From the NCBI GenBank assembly GCA_964016885.1, contig OZ024744.1:60698001-60762000 (forward strand): 64,000 nucleotides of DNA, read 5' to 3'. Source of the stretch: Eledone cirrhosa. Lineage: Eukaryota. Both the position numbers and the translations under genes were made by a program. Below, one piece after another: positions 25,366-38,872 of the stretch (positions are counted from its first letter, which is position 1; each line of letters begins with the position of its first letter). The notes beneath the pieces were generated by a model, which worked only from the letters and a program-made list of their open reading frames with translations, was not told where the DNA came from and did no database searches.

Positions 25366-27501
25366 CTAATGGGTACAATTTGTACTACTAGAACATTTGG
25401 GTTTATAATAAAAGTAAGAATTAGAAATGGCATGGGGGCAAGAAGAGAATATCTCAGACTTTCTATTCAGTAAGGGTACGCTAGAGAAAATAATAGAGTG
25501 TGTCTCAAGTATACAGAGATTACAATACTTACTATGTGCAGAAAGGTGGTTAGATCGTGCTACTAAACTCCAGTTAAGGCTATATGGTATATAAGCTCCC
25601 TTAAGATCCCAGATATAATGCGCTAGAGAGGTAGAATTCTTAAACCTAACATGTTTGAAGTTAGAGATATGAGAGTTAAACCTAGTCTTAAAAGTGTTTG
25701 AAGTAGATCCTATATACGTTCTTTTAGAGGAATTAGTTATAACCTCGCAAGCATAGACAATGTTCTTAGAAAGGCAGTTACCGTTTAGAGGGCAGTTAGC
25801 ACTCACTCTACAATTGCACTTCCGGGTGTTATTGGTTGGCTCGAGTGGTGATGTATTGCACGTAGGACCTCTATTAGATAAGGACTGTTCTGGTGGTAAA
25901 GCATTGTCCGATGCATTCAGACTAGTAGTATGTAGAGAGGAGAATCCATCCCTAATTTTCCTATTATTAGTGCTAGCTAAATGAGAACTAATATTAGGGG
26001 TGGTAGAGAATGAGAGTTTAATAACATTTTTATTAAAAATACCATGGTATTTGTGAGAAGGGGGGAAATTTTTCTCAAAGATAGTGAAGAAAAACCTAGG
26101 GATATTAGTTGATACATCCTGATTATATGGCGGGTTGAAATAAGTATTCAATCGCCTTCTATTTTTATTTTTATTCTTATCGACCCTACCTCTATCAAAT
26201 GTCCCACCGTCGAGACTAGGGTTACTATCGGGAATAGTTGAAGCCACATTCATAGAATCAGCCATAATTTCCTTATGCCTATTATAGTTTCTAGCTCTAG
26301 TAGATCCGCTGTTGTCCAGAATCCCTACAAGAGGATTAAGGCCAATGATAGGATCAGTAGGAGCAACATTACTAGAATAAGATCCAGCCAAACCAACACC
26401 AATGCGTGAGCGCACAGGGGGCTCGACTTGTCTCTTAGAGGTATTATATTTGTTATTACGAGTCCGGTGGGATAACTTATGGGTGGGTTCAGATACTCCT
26501 ATATAAGTTCTACGGTTACTATGTTTGCTACTCCCATTCATGGCCATGTTATGTGATATAATGTTATTATTATTAAGAGTAAGCGGAGACTTTCTAAAGT
26601 TACTATTATTATAATTTATTTTACTAGAGTGACCTGAATTTGCTAGGGCATTATTGTAGTACTCCGCATGTTCATTAAAAGTTCCTATGTCCTTAGATAG
26701 TGTGGAAATCCTATTAGAAACGCCCTTAATTATAGAGTTTATCACAGACTTAGGGTGGTTAGAATTGGGGCTAACATAAGAAAGAATTTCATTAGGCTTA
26801 TGGAAGGGTTTAAAACTATTAGTGGCCAAGTCCAAAGTCACATCTAAAAAGTTAACCGCTCTATCATTTCTATCTATCGTGATTGAAAGGTTGTAGCTTT
26901 TAAAAAACTTATAAAGCTTCTTCTCATTACGTTCTACATTGTTGGTACTAGAGTTAATTACAAACAATGCATCATCACGATATAGTCCGCCTACAAGGTG
27001 CGGGAAGGTAGCGTATAGTTCATTAAGGAGGAACAATCCAACAAGATCAGTAACCTGGGCCGAATCACTCGAACCCATTGTAACGTCGAAATTATTGGGC
27101 GTGTTTTTACGGGTCCAAAAAGTGTCCTCAAATTTAATAATAGTTTTACGGGCTGCTAGTATAATATCTACCTGCGATCGTGTAAGGCTGGACACTCTCA
27201 TGGCCAACATTAAGGCTTTATTGAGGAGGATGGGTGAAATTGATGTGTAGTAGGCATCAATATCGAATTGGATAACCTTATTAGATTCAAGTCTATTAAT
27301 CCCAGAGAACCAATCTATAACTTCCCTAGTGTTCCCCCATAAGTTAAAATTAACCTTATCCCTAGCATCTGGTATAATAAGGTCAAGGATTTTTTTACTG
27401 ATAATGGCTATATCCGACTTAGAAGGACAGATAAGTCTAACTGAGGGGTTACTAATAAAATCAACCTTATGGTCCTTAAGTGTGAATCTCGATTCTCGAG
27501 G
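25366..27501 (-). CDS. PLE reverse transcriptase and GIY-YIG endonuclease (open frame about 712 codons, N-terminus truncated at (TA)n)
   Basis: The frame stays open upstream of the listed start: [27 protein letters not shown]. Then [50 protein letters not shown]. Confidence 0.92.
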   Translation of the reverse strand, partial: PRESRFTLKDHKVDFISNPSVRLICPSKSDIAIISKKILDLIIPDARDKVNFNLWGNTREVIDWFSGINRLESNKVIQFDIDAYYTSISPILLNKALMLAMRVSSLTRSQVDIILAARKTIIKFEDTFWTRKNTPNNFDVTMGSSDSAQVTDLVGLFLLNELYATFPHLVGGLYRDDALFVINSSTNNVERNEKKLYKFFKSYNLSITIDRNDRAVNFLDVTLDLATNSFKPFHKPNEILSYVSPNSNHPKSVINSIIKGVSNRISTLSKDIGTFNEHAEYYNNALANSGHSSKINYNNSNFRKSPLTLNNNNIISHNMAMNGSSKHSNRRTYIGVSEPTHKLSHRTRNNKYNTSKRQVEPPVRSRIGVGLAGSYSSNVAPTDPIIGLNPLVGILDNSGSTRARNYNRHKEIMADSMNVASTIPDSNPSLDGGTFDRGRVDKNKNKNRRRLNTYFNPPYNQDVSTNIPRFFFTIFEKNFPPSHKYHGIFNKNVIKLSFSTTPNISSHLASTNNRKIRDGFSSLHTTSLNASDNALPPEQSLSNRGPTCNTSPLEPTNNTRKCNCRVSANCPLNGNCLSKNIVYACEVITNSSKRTYIGSTSNTFKTRFNSHISNFKHVRFKNSTSLAHYIWDLKGAYIPYSLNWSLVARSNHLSAHSKYCNLCILETHSIIFSSVPLLNRKSEIFSSCPHAISNSYFYYKPKCSSSTNCTH

Positions 27502-27502
27502 G

Positions 27503-27533
<31 letters not shown>

Positions 27534-27584
27534 GTATATATATATATGTATATATGTATATATATATGTATATATGTATATGTA

Positions 27585-27631
<47 letters not shown>

Positions 27632-27679
27632 TTAAAAAAATAAACGTAAAAAGCATAGAAGTATATTTAAAGATTTAAA

Positions 27680-28350
27680 TAGAAGTATGTTTAAAGAGTT
27701 CTCTAGCACACCTTCCAGCGGTTCTGTCAGAAACAACCGTCTCCAGCTGGTCTGACTGGATCCCCAAGCGTGACCAGCCAAGCTCATGGATGTTATCCAA
27801 CCATCTTGCCCGGCGTCTACCCCCTGGGTCTCCTGTCGGTTATTTTTGCCCGTAAAATTTGTCCAGCGATAATTTCCTGAGACATTCTAACCACATGCCC
27901 ATCATATCGAAGCTGTGATTTTGACCATTGGTAAGGATTAGCACGAATATCAAATTGAAGGTAACGAGTTTGGCTTTTACGCCTACTTCCTTTCTTCTGA
28001 AGCTGGTGCATTACTGCACCAGCTCCTGCAATTTTTACTCTTTATTCAGCCTCCTGCCTTCCATCATTAGTGAACATGCTCCCGAGATACTTATACATTA
28101 ACATGTAAAGTGCACTGCATCCTAGCGAGGCGGAGAGAAAGAATACTTTGCTGATCTCTTAAAGTCGTTCACAGCAGCATCTTCTGATGTACATGAGGTG
28201 CATCTAGGAGCGATGACTAATCTCTCAGAGGCTGAGGTCACAAGAGCAGTTATAGAGCTCAAATATGATAAGGCCGTTGGGAAATATGAAATCCGGCCCG
28301 AGATGTTAAAAGCTATAAATCTAGAAAGTATTTTCTGGCTGACTCGTTTT
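27680..28350. mobile_element. Degenerate RTE-like LINE fragments
   Basis: Minus strand: SQLRYDGHVVRMSQEIIAGQILRAKITDRRPRG. Plus strand: ..LKYDKAVGKYEIRPEMLKA. Confidence 0.6.
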
Positions 28351-28569
28351 CGAAAAGGGAGACAATATTTTAAATAGGGCTTTAATATGATGTCCAGGTG
28401 TCCAGAAAGTTTCTCAATCTATGTGTTTCAAATGCAGGGCCTGCCTTAATTGGCCTGAGCTTTAAATAGTTAAGAGCTGTTAACTGGATATATTTGGTTG
28501 TCGAGGTTTTACAAGAGTTATTTATCAGTCTTATATTTATGTATTTTCGGTAAGGCATAAAATATATAC

Positions 28570-29890
28570 CTGATCCACCGAAACTCAGCTGTTTCAGATC
28601 ACACCAAAATCAACATACTGATTGCGGATTTAGTATGGGTGATGAGGAACGTGTCCCTCATGTGCAACCCCGAAGAACTAGAGAGACACATACAACACTT
28701 CACCCACCGTATGCAGTTCTCTGGTTACAATCAGAGAGATAAAATCAGAGTATACAGAGGAGCCAGAACCAAATGGGAAAAAATGGTAAATAATGATACA
28801 AAAGGGACCTGCCCCTTGTATAGGAGCAAATTTTGGAATAGAATAGAAAGAACTAGGAATAAAGTTAATAGAATAAACTCATGGTATGATAGCAATAAAT
28901 ACCAGAGTGTAATGTTCATCAATACAACCCCTAGAGGTGAACTAGCTTACAAATTTAGAAGGGCCCTAGATAAACTTAAACTAAATATTAAGATAGTAGA
29001 AAGACCAGGTACCTCCATAAAAACACTTATTAGTAATACATACTCTTTTCAAAGACCTCTCTGTATAGATAAGAAATGCACAATCTGTAAACTAAGCCCC
29101 CATATTAACTGCAAAACTAGAAACATAGTATATAGCATAAGGTGTGCTGAGTGACAATGTAAAGATAAGAATATAATGTAGAGCTCGTAGTATAGGAGAA
29201 CGATTAAATGAACACTGGCGAGAGCTTGAAGAGAGAAAAGAATCATCAGTACTCCACCAACATGCTAAAATAGAACATAAGGGAAAATTAGAGAACATAG
29301 AAATAAAAATAAAATCTACACACAGAAAAGACGCAATGTTTAGACAAATCACAAAGGCAATAAACATAAATGAACTCCAACCAAAATTAAATAGAAAACA
29401 TGAATGGAATAGCAACATCACAACTTACAATTAAGGACAAAATGAAAACACACACACATAGAACAAACAATCAACTAGTAACATGTAAATAAACAAATAA
29501 ATAAACAAATAAAAACACACACGGACACCCGGATGTAACACATGCGCAAACTAAGCACACAACACACACAAAAACAAGCTGGCGTAGGACAGAACAAAGG
29601 AGAGGCACAACACAAAGAAAAGAATCCCCGGTCACTGATGAGGTCACAGAATGTGTGACGAAAGAACTTTGACAGTATATGAACAACCGTCCGTTGTGGA
29701 ACCAACCAACCAACCAACCGGAAATTTATTAAAAAAATTTTAAATTTATAATTTAATTTATAATAATTGAAGTGAAAGCAACTGGTGCGTGTGTTTCTTA
29801 TTGGCAACATGACCCTCCCAAAGTATAATAATATCGGTTTCAACACACGTTTTCAGATAAAGAATCTTGTTAAACAAATTCAGAAAAGAT
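28570..29890 (+). mobile_element. PLE family A, 5'-truncated pseudo-copy with 3' pLTR (hammerhead 29631-29673)
   Basis: ORF 28639..29154 is nearly identical to the 15775 ORF, with a stop and a deletion in the EN. pLTR gtca-CTGATGA-ggtcac..gtgac-GAAA-gaac-TT-tgac; ends at (TA)n. Confidence 0.9.
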
Positions 29891-30004
29891 ATATATATAT
29901 ATACACACCCATATATATATACACACAAACACACATATATAAGCATGTATACACACACATTAACATACATACACATATATATACATACATATACACACAC
30001 ATAT

Positions 30005-30074
<70 letters not shown>

Positions 30075-30199
30075 ACCACATCAATACAATACCTAAGGGC
30101 TGTCACCTTGAGAATAAACAATATAATAAAACCCTTACAACATTTTGATTAAGCTATCTGTATTCTTCAAACCACTCTCTCCCACTTCTCCAACCCCTA

Positions 30200-30320
<121 letters not shown>

Positions 30321-30406
30321 CTCTCCCATTTCTCTCTTCCTTTCTACTTTATCTTCACCAATAACCTCCTTTAATAAATACAAGGGTATTTACATTTTAA
30401 CCATTC

Positions 30407-30524
30407 TGCTCTGAGGAAATGGTAGTCGCAGCATTTGAAAATTGAGTTTCTGCAATCAAATAATTATCATTTTTGCACATAGCATGACTAGGCTGTATAA
30501 CTACTGTTGAAACATTTGTAAGCA
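30407..30524 (+). ncRNA. Type I hammerhead with extended stem II
   Basis: tgct-CTGAGGA-aatggtagt..(about 70 nt)..actactgtt-GAAAC-attt-GTA-agca. Confidence 0.7.
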
Positions 30525-30994
30525 CTCGGAATAAATTACCTTTTTATGATGTCTACCTGTCATTCTTTATATATATATATATATAAGATAATTTGTCTTA
30601 TATATATATATATATATATTTAAGAGTTAAACAAGGTTCAATGAATACATCAAAGAATGAGTTTTACAATAGATTGGAAGCACTCAATAGGAAAAATGTT
30701 TTCCAGAGTTATTAATATTAATTCAAAATATTAACAAAATAGATATTCTTGTGATCACTTATATTTTATTATACATATTTCAGAGGTATTGAGTTAAGTT
30801 CAACAGTACGTGCTCATCAGATAAAATAAAATGATATATGACATACCCTGACATAGTAGATGGTTAAGATTCAATCCAGGTAGTGATTAACTTATGACAA
30901 AACTCACTATTTATAACCTAATATTGAGAACATGAGATAACATAATACAAACAATAGGACCCGCTCAGATAGAAATAGAAACTTCGACATTATC

Positions 30995-32332
30995 ATGGGA
31001 TCATCTGATTCAGCGCAAATCACGGATCTTCTGGGGATTTTCATCTTAAATATGATAAATAGAAAACTGCCGGAGATTACCGGTGGTTTATATAGGGACG
31101 ATATTTTATTTACGGTTGTTAAACACAACAATATTGAACTAAATAGGGTAAAGAAAAATATAATTGAATTCTTTAAAAATTACGACCTTAAACTAGAGGT
31201 AGAAAGTGGTACCAAAATAGTTAATTTCCTTGATGTTACCCTTAACTTAAACTCTGGTTTTTATTACCCTTTCCATAAGACCAATGAAAACTTAAATTAC
31301 ATTAGTTATTACCCTAATCACCCTAAATCAGTGAAAAAAGCAATTGTAAATAGCGTACAAAAACGCATAAATAGAATATCTGCCAATAAATCAATATTTG
31401 ATGAAAATGTAGGATATTACAATGATGCGCTAAAAAAGGCAGGTTATAAAAATAATATAGAATATATAGACAATAATAATCCGAGTCTTAATCCTGATAA
31501 AAATATATATAAACGAAATTCTATAAATTCTAATAATTATAATTCAAACACCTGTACTGTGAATAAATCGGGGAAAAGAACCAGAACTAAATCAGTTATA
31601 TGGTCCCCCCCCCCTGCTTCTGTAGCAGTAAGAACACCAATAGCTAATCTATTTTTTAAAGCTTTAGATAGTTCATTCCCTAGTCAACATAAATACCACT
31701 CCATATTTAATAGACACACAATTAAACTGTCTTATTCTACAACTATGAATATGGCCCAAAACATCGCTAAAATAAACAGTGTAATTCTAAATCAAAATCA
31801 AAATATTGATATTAATAATAGTGTTAATATAAATAATAATAAATCAAAATGTAATTGTAGAAATAAACCAGATTGCCCTCTGCAAACTAATTGTCTGGAT
31901 AGAAATCTGGTGTATAAATGCACCGTAAAAACAAATAACAACACATACAACTACATAGGAGCAACTTCTTCGACATTTAAATCGAGGTTTGCGAATCACA
32001 AATGCTCATTTTCGAATTTTAATAGGAAGTCTTCGACTTCTTTATCACAGCTTATATGGTCATTAAAAGACAAAAAATTAAAATACTCGATCTTTTGGAC
32101 AAAGCCTTGTAATAGTGGAATTTATACCAACTCATCCATATCAATTAACTGCAACCTCTGTACAAAGGAGACCCTATTAATAATTAATAATTTTGAAAAC
32201 TTAATTAACAAAAAAAGTGAATTATTCTCAAACTGCCTTCATAAAGCTTTGTCTACATTCCAAGCCTCGCAAAAAAACAGTAAACAATCAAGCCTGATTT
32301 TTGACGTCTATTATCAACTGTTGAACATATAA
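30995..32332 (+). CDS. PLE RT (C-terminal half) and GIY-YIG endonuclease
   Basis: [55 protein letters not shown]. Confidence 0.9.
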   Translation: MGSSDSAQITDLLGIFILNMINRKLPEITGGLYRDDILFTVVKHNNIELNRVKKNIIEFFKNYDLKLEVESGTKIVNFLDVTLNLNSGFYYPFHKTNENLNYISYYPNHPKSVKKAIVNSVQKRINRISANKSIFDENVGYYNDALKKAGYKNNIEYIDNNNPSLNPDKNIYKRNSINSNNYNSNTCTVNKSGKRTRTKSVIWSPPPASVAVRTPIANLFFKALDSSFPSQHKYHSIFNRHTIKLSYSTTMNMAQNIAKINSVILNQNQNIDINNSVNINNNKSKCNCRNKPDCPLQTNCLDRNLVYKCTVKTNNNTYNYIGATSSTFKSRFANHKCSFSNFNRKSSTSLSQLIWSLKDKKLKYSIFWTKPCNSGIYTNSSISINCNLCTKETLLIINNFENLINKKSELFSNCLHKALSTFQASQKNSKQSSLIFDVYYQLLNI

Positions 32333-34240
32333 GTCATAATGGTTTATAAAACTTTAATAAAGCTTTATCTTCTAATCATTTATAATAGAATTAATGTTTG
32401 AATGAAGGACACTCGTTTGATAACTTGTTTACTTGATAGATATACATACCCTATGATTTTTTGGATATTTATAATTTTGATTCAGATCTTTATTTATCTG
32501 TCTCTGTTTTAAATATATAGTTTGGATATTTAACTTGTAAATTTACTGATTATAATTTGAACTGTGGATCATTCATGCGTTTGCATATTTTATATATATA
32601 TATTTTACTCATTTTGAGTATGTTTTGGGGAACTCAGAAAGTTAGATTTGCACTTGTTTTTTTTTATGTATATCTAGGTATAAATTTAACAAACCATAAT
32701 AGCTGACAAATATTGGTCTATCTCTCCACTGAACTGGAGGTAAAACTACAATTATAGCATTACTAACAATGATTATAATTATTATTTTTTTATTAAATGT
32801 ATACCGTTTCATTAATACCTATAATTATATCTATATATAGTTGTACAAATATCTTTATCTAGTGTAATAACATAATCGTAGTTACATTTATAAATAATTT
32901 AGACACTCAAATGACTTTATATTGTTATAAGTGTTTGGTATTCCCTGGAAGGTCGAACTTATATAATCATTTACTTAATATAATATAATATAATTTAATT
33001 TAACTTATTTTGTTTTATTTTATTTTAATTAAATTTAGATTACCTTCAAAATATTTAGCGCTTCTTTATATCACATTCGCTAAAATATTTTAGAGATATC
33101 TTTTCTATACTTTATTAAAACCCTATTGCATTTATTTCTAATATTGGGCATCTTTAAGTTTCACAAATAATTCATTTTCTTTTATTTGCATATTTATTTT
33201 GTATCTAACCCCTATCATTAGGGCTCATATAGTTTTGACTTATATCTTTATAGTATATATCAACTAAATGAAAATAATTGATATAAAACATTAATGCTTT
33301 AACAATATGTTTAACTATATATATTTTTGAACAATATCTTCAGGAAATTATTTACTATATTGCATTATTGCATTATTGTAATATATTATTTATATTTGAA
33401 AGGTATCACCTCAACTATGAACAAATAATAAACTATAATCTTTGTATTTTATGATCAATACATATATATAATAAAAAATTCTGACTTCTTTAAGTTTAAT
33501 TATAAGGCCGGTTGATACTTTAGGCACTCAAATTATTTAACAATAAATTCTTTAATAATTATAACTATAATTATCTTATAAATTATATTATAGAAACTGT
33601 TGTCAATATTATAAATAATTTTGGTAAATATTACCTTCGTGAGGATATAAAACATTATATATATATCTTTTCTTTCTCGTGTTTCGTAAATCCTTTAAAT
33701 TTGTTTTTATAAAATTTGAATTTAAAAAATTAAACATAATTATATTATAATATTAATACAAATACCTATTAACTTTTAAAATCTAAAATATGATTCTTTA
33801 CCCTGAAATAACTTAAATTAAATATTTTGAAAATTAACCGCCAACTATATTATTCTGGACACGTGTTGATTATATAGAAATATGTGTGTATATAAACTTG
33901 AACATAAATTACTCCCCTTTGTCTCTCTCTTTCTTTAATCATCTTTCATCTATCTTCTCAAGCCACCTACTAAATATATTATCACATCAGCTGTTTCTTC
34001 CTCTATGCTTTCCTTTCCCTCCTCTTTCTCCAGTAGTTTTTAAAAATTAAAAATGTTATAACTGTTATATTGATGCCATGTATTTCTTAAAATCTATTAC
34101 ACGCACTCTCTCTATTGTTTGTATTATGTTATCTCATATTCTCAATATTAGGGTATAAATATTGAGTTTTGTCATAAGTTAATCACTACCTTGATTGAAT
34201 CTTAACCATCTACTATGTCAGGGTATGTCATGTATCATTT

Positions 34241-34307
34241 TATTTTATCTGATGAGGACGTACTGTTGAACTTAACTCAGTACCTCTGAAATATGTATAA
34301 TAAAATA
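34241..34307 (+). ncRNA. Type I hammerhead (family B)
   Basis: tattttat-CTGATGA-ggacgtactg..cagtacctct-GAAA-tatgta-TA-ataaaata. Confidence 0.78.
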
Positions 34308-34350
34308 TAATTGATCACAAGAATATCTATTTTGTTAATATTTTGAATTT

Positions 34351-34414
<64 letters not shown>

Positions 34415-34579
34415 GGGATAACAGGTTATCGTTATGGCAGTCCACTTAGATGTAGTCCAGTTGGAGTAGTTCGTGTAGTGGATAGTATTAACATGTGGCT
34501 TAGTTTGACTCAACAAGACGTTTCCATGGTGATGCTGCGAGTTCGCGGTGATTTCTATGTAGTTTATACCTAGAGTAAT

Positions 34580-35823
34580 AATAATTCAAGAAAGAAGAGT
34601 GACATGGTTCACTATACAATAAGGGCTTTATTCACATTGCTGACAATCGTTTCTTTGATCTGGTAGGTCTAGAGTACGCTATACGCCTGATTATGCGCCA
34701 ATGGAACCAATATTACTTAGCTTTTAACATATGAAATCCGCCTTCTCACACAGCCCAATACGGAACTACAATCTTCTATAAATACCTTATAGCCTCCCTA
34801 ATTCTATTCCACTGGAATATGTCTACAACTATCTTATCAGCCCATAAATCAATCCCACCTTCACTGTTACCCACTCCTTCAGACCAAGCAATTATATCTC
34901 TCATTAGCACTCATGATCTCTAACAGATGGACCTAATTCTAAGTACATTATCTTATTACTCCTACACCCCTTGAAATCTTACTTTCTTATTATTATTCTT
35001 ATTGTTCTTATTATTATTATGAACATCTCAATGTATCCCTAATATTATTCATCATGTTCTATATATCTACCAGGCACATTTTACTATTTTATTACTTTTA
35101 TTGCTTCTATTACTGTAGTTATCACTGTCTTATTTATACACGATTTGTTATTGATGCTGTGAAAACTAAACCCCCACGATTCGAACTAACAATCCCTACC
35201 TTTAGTATAGGCCACTTAAATAATGAATCTACAACTCTATTTAACACCACATAAAAACTATCATCATCACTAATCAAACGAAAATGTTTATCTGTCAAAT
35301 AAAATATAAAAAGTAAATCTCCGGTTTATTGGCAGAATAGTGGATACCTACAGCATAGTGGATACCTCATACATTCTGTCTCCAAGTACATTTTAGTGGT
35401 TACTGTTATCTAGTCGCCACCCCATCACTATATCTAATGTACCCTATATCAGTTTTCACACGTCAATTCCATACATCTGTATCATATCAGTTTGTTTAAC
35501 ATGCTAGATTCTTCATTATACTCTATCTCTTACTTATATTGATGTTATTATTTTAACTATCTGCTATCTAGTTGTTTTATTTTATCATTGATATTATTGT
35601 TCTGGTTTAATACCACACCTATATAAAAACCATGCCTTATGTATCTTCTTCATTTCGCCCGCTCTGATGAAAACGACTGGTTATAAACAAAGTATCGGAG
35701 ATCGATTGGCGCATAATCAGGCGTATAGCGAACTCTAGACCTACCAGATCAAAGAAACAATTGTCAGCAATGTGAATAAAGCCCTTATTGTATAGTGAAC
35801 CATGTCACTCTTCTTTCTTGAAT

Positions 35824-35825
<2 letters not shown>
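34580..35825 (+). mobile_element. PLE remnant with inverted partial pLTR (34580-34702 vs 35705-35825) and hammerhead 35661-35768
   Basis: About 120-bp inverted arms; gct-CTGATGA-(long)-GAAAC-aatt-GTC-agc; ends at (TA)n. Confidence 0.65.
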
Positions 35826-37211
<1,386 letters not shown>

Positions 37212-37384
37212 CATATATATATATACACAATATAAAGAAATACACAGATACATGCGAACACATACATATACATGAATATATCCACATATATCCCTGAATT
37301 TGTGGTGACAACCTCAACTTTGTTGCTCTATGAATAACTGGGACAAAATAATCCGAATGGATTAGATTTATTCAGTATCAGAGC

Positions 37385-37685
37385 TATATAATACATTATA
37401 AAGAAAGAAGAAGCATTAGATATAATTAATAAGATATACCATACCCAAATTCCTTCACTACTCCTCGACTACGTAGTTTCGTGGCATATTATGCAAAAAC
37501 ACTACATCACAGAGATACAGTATTTTTGTGAGGTTTGCCGACAAACCTCACAAAAATACTGTATCTCTGTGATGTAGTGTTTTTGCATAATATGCCACGA
37601 AACTACGTAGTCGAGGAGTAGTGAAGGAATTTGGGTATGGTATATCTTATTAATTATATCTAATGTTTCTTCTTTCTTTATAATG

Positions 37686-37694
<9 letters not shown>
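37385..37694. repeat. Near-perfect palindrome of about 310 bp (loop CCGA 37538-37541) containing a hammerhead 3' half
   Basis: Arms about 153 bp with one mismatch seen; right arm has GAAAC-TACGTA-GTC-gaggag; TA at both ends. Confidence 0.92.
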
Positions 37695-37756
<62 letters not shown>

Positions 37757-38274
37757 GAGAAGAAAGAAGAATACTGCGTGGTTGCACATGGGTTACATAT
37801 GATAAAAATAGTCCTTCGTCAGTGATTTGCCAACCATCATTGATATTACATCGCATTAAAAATCATATACCTCAGGTTGGTACGAGCAATAGCTAAATAA
37901 AGCTATTGGGACAAGTAAATCGCGTAAAGCAAGTGAGACAAGTAAACAACATAGAAGGATGAAAGCAACGCAAAGATGGGAATAAACAAGCAACATGGTT
38001 ATCCAGTTTCTTGTCCTATTCTTTTAAAGTTTTATTTTAGTTTCTTGTCCTGTATTTTTAAAGGTTTATATTCCAACAATATTACATTTTTTTGCTGTAC
38101 GCATTTTTCTATCTGGTCTACTATTTTTTAAGGCAATGCAAGCAACAACTATCTAATAATTAAATGATCATAGTGAATTACTGACAAGTGATTGACATTT
38201 TAAAGTTCTTTTGAGTATAATTGCAATCTAGTTGAGGCAACTGGCTTAATGACAAAGCTACGTCATTTCTGGAT

Positions 38275-38432
38275 TTTTCGACGGCTATTTCTGGACTCCA
38301 TAAATAGCCGTCGAAACGGCTTGAGCTCTGCCGTCGGGGTCATACATTTTCCTATTACCCACTCTACTACCCTAAGTATTGAGTACTCTGGTGCGTTATG
38401 GTCCATTTGGTTCCTTACCACAACTCCTTCGT

Positions 38433-38435
<3 letters not shown>
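38275..38435 (+). mobile_element. Short pLTR-like element (family C): hairpin, GAAAC-GGC..GCC-GTC, tail, (TA)n
   Basis: Copies at 47654-47850(+) and 58300-58494(-). Confidence 0.75.
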
Positions 38436-38467
<32 letters not shown>

Positions 38468-38872
38468 AGTGTGCGTGTGTGTGTAAATGAAATTTCCACA
38501 CACACGCGTCACATAAACCAAAACCAGTCCTCACAATTATATATCTCCTTATAATATACTAGCAGTTTAGCCCGGCGTTGCTCGGGTTTGTTCATTTGCT
38601 ATGAAAAGTTACATACAGGTAAACGTGGTTTGAAAGCGAATAAGCTTATCAATTAAGTGCATAAAGCAGTTGAACCGGTTATTAAAAGTTACGAACCAAT
38701 TAGCATTTTGGTCAATCAATGATGGGTTAATAATCTTCCAATAGCGAATTTAGTAGACCACAGTTGCAAGATGGTGGCCCTGATGCCGCTGGGTGTCAGA
38801 TCTGCCCGCCATGGGATACCCTACCAGGAAATAGTGTTCCAGACGGCATAGCTCCAACACCTGCACCAACAT

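Larger units (their letters stand above)
30720..34352 (+). mobile_element. PLE (CxC/Hydra-type) with inverted 5' pLTR (30720-30957) and 3' pLTR (34112-34349)
   Basis: About 240-bp inverted arms, each with a family B hammerhead (30762-30828 minus, 34241-34307 plus); ends in (TA)n. Confidence 0.9.

Noticed and set aside
37790-37830. Minus-strand CTGACGA-AGGACT hammerhead 5' half
   Set aside because: No downstream GAAA or complementary strands found.
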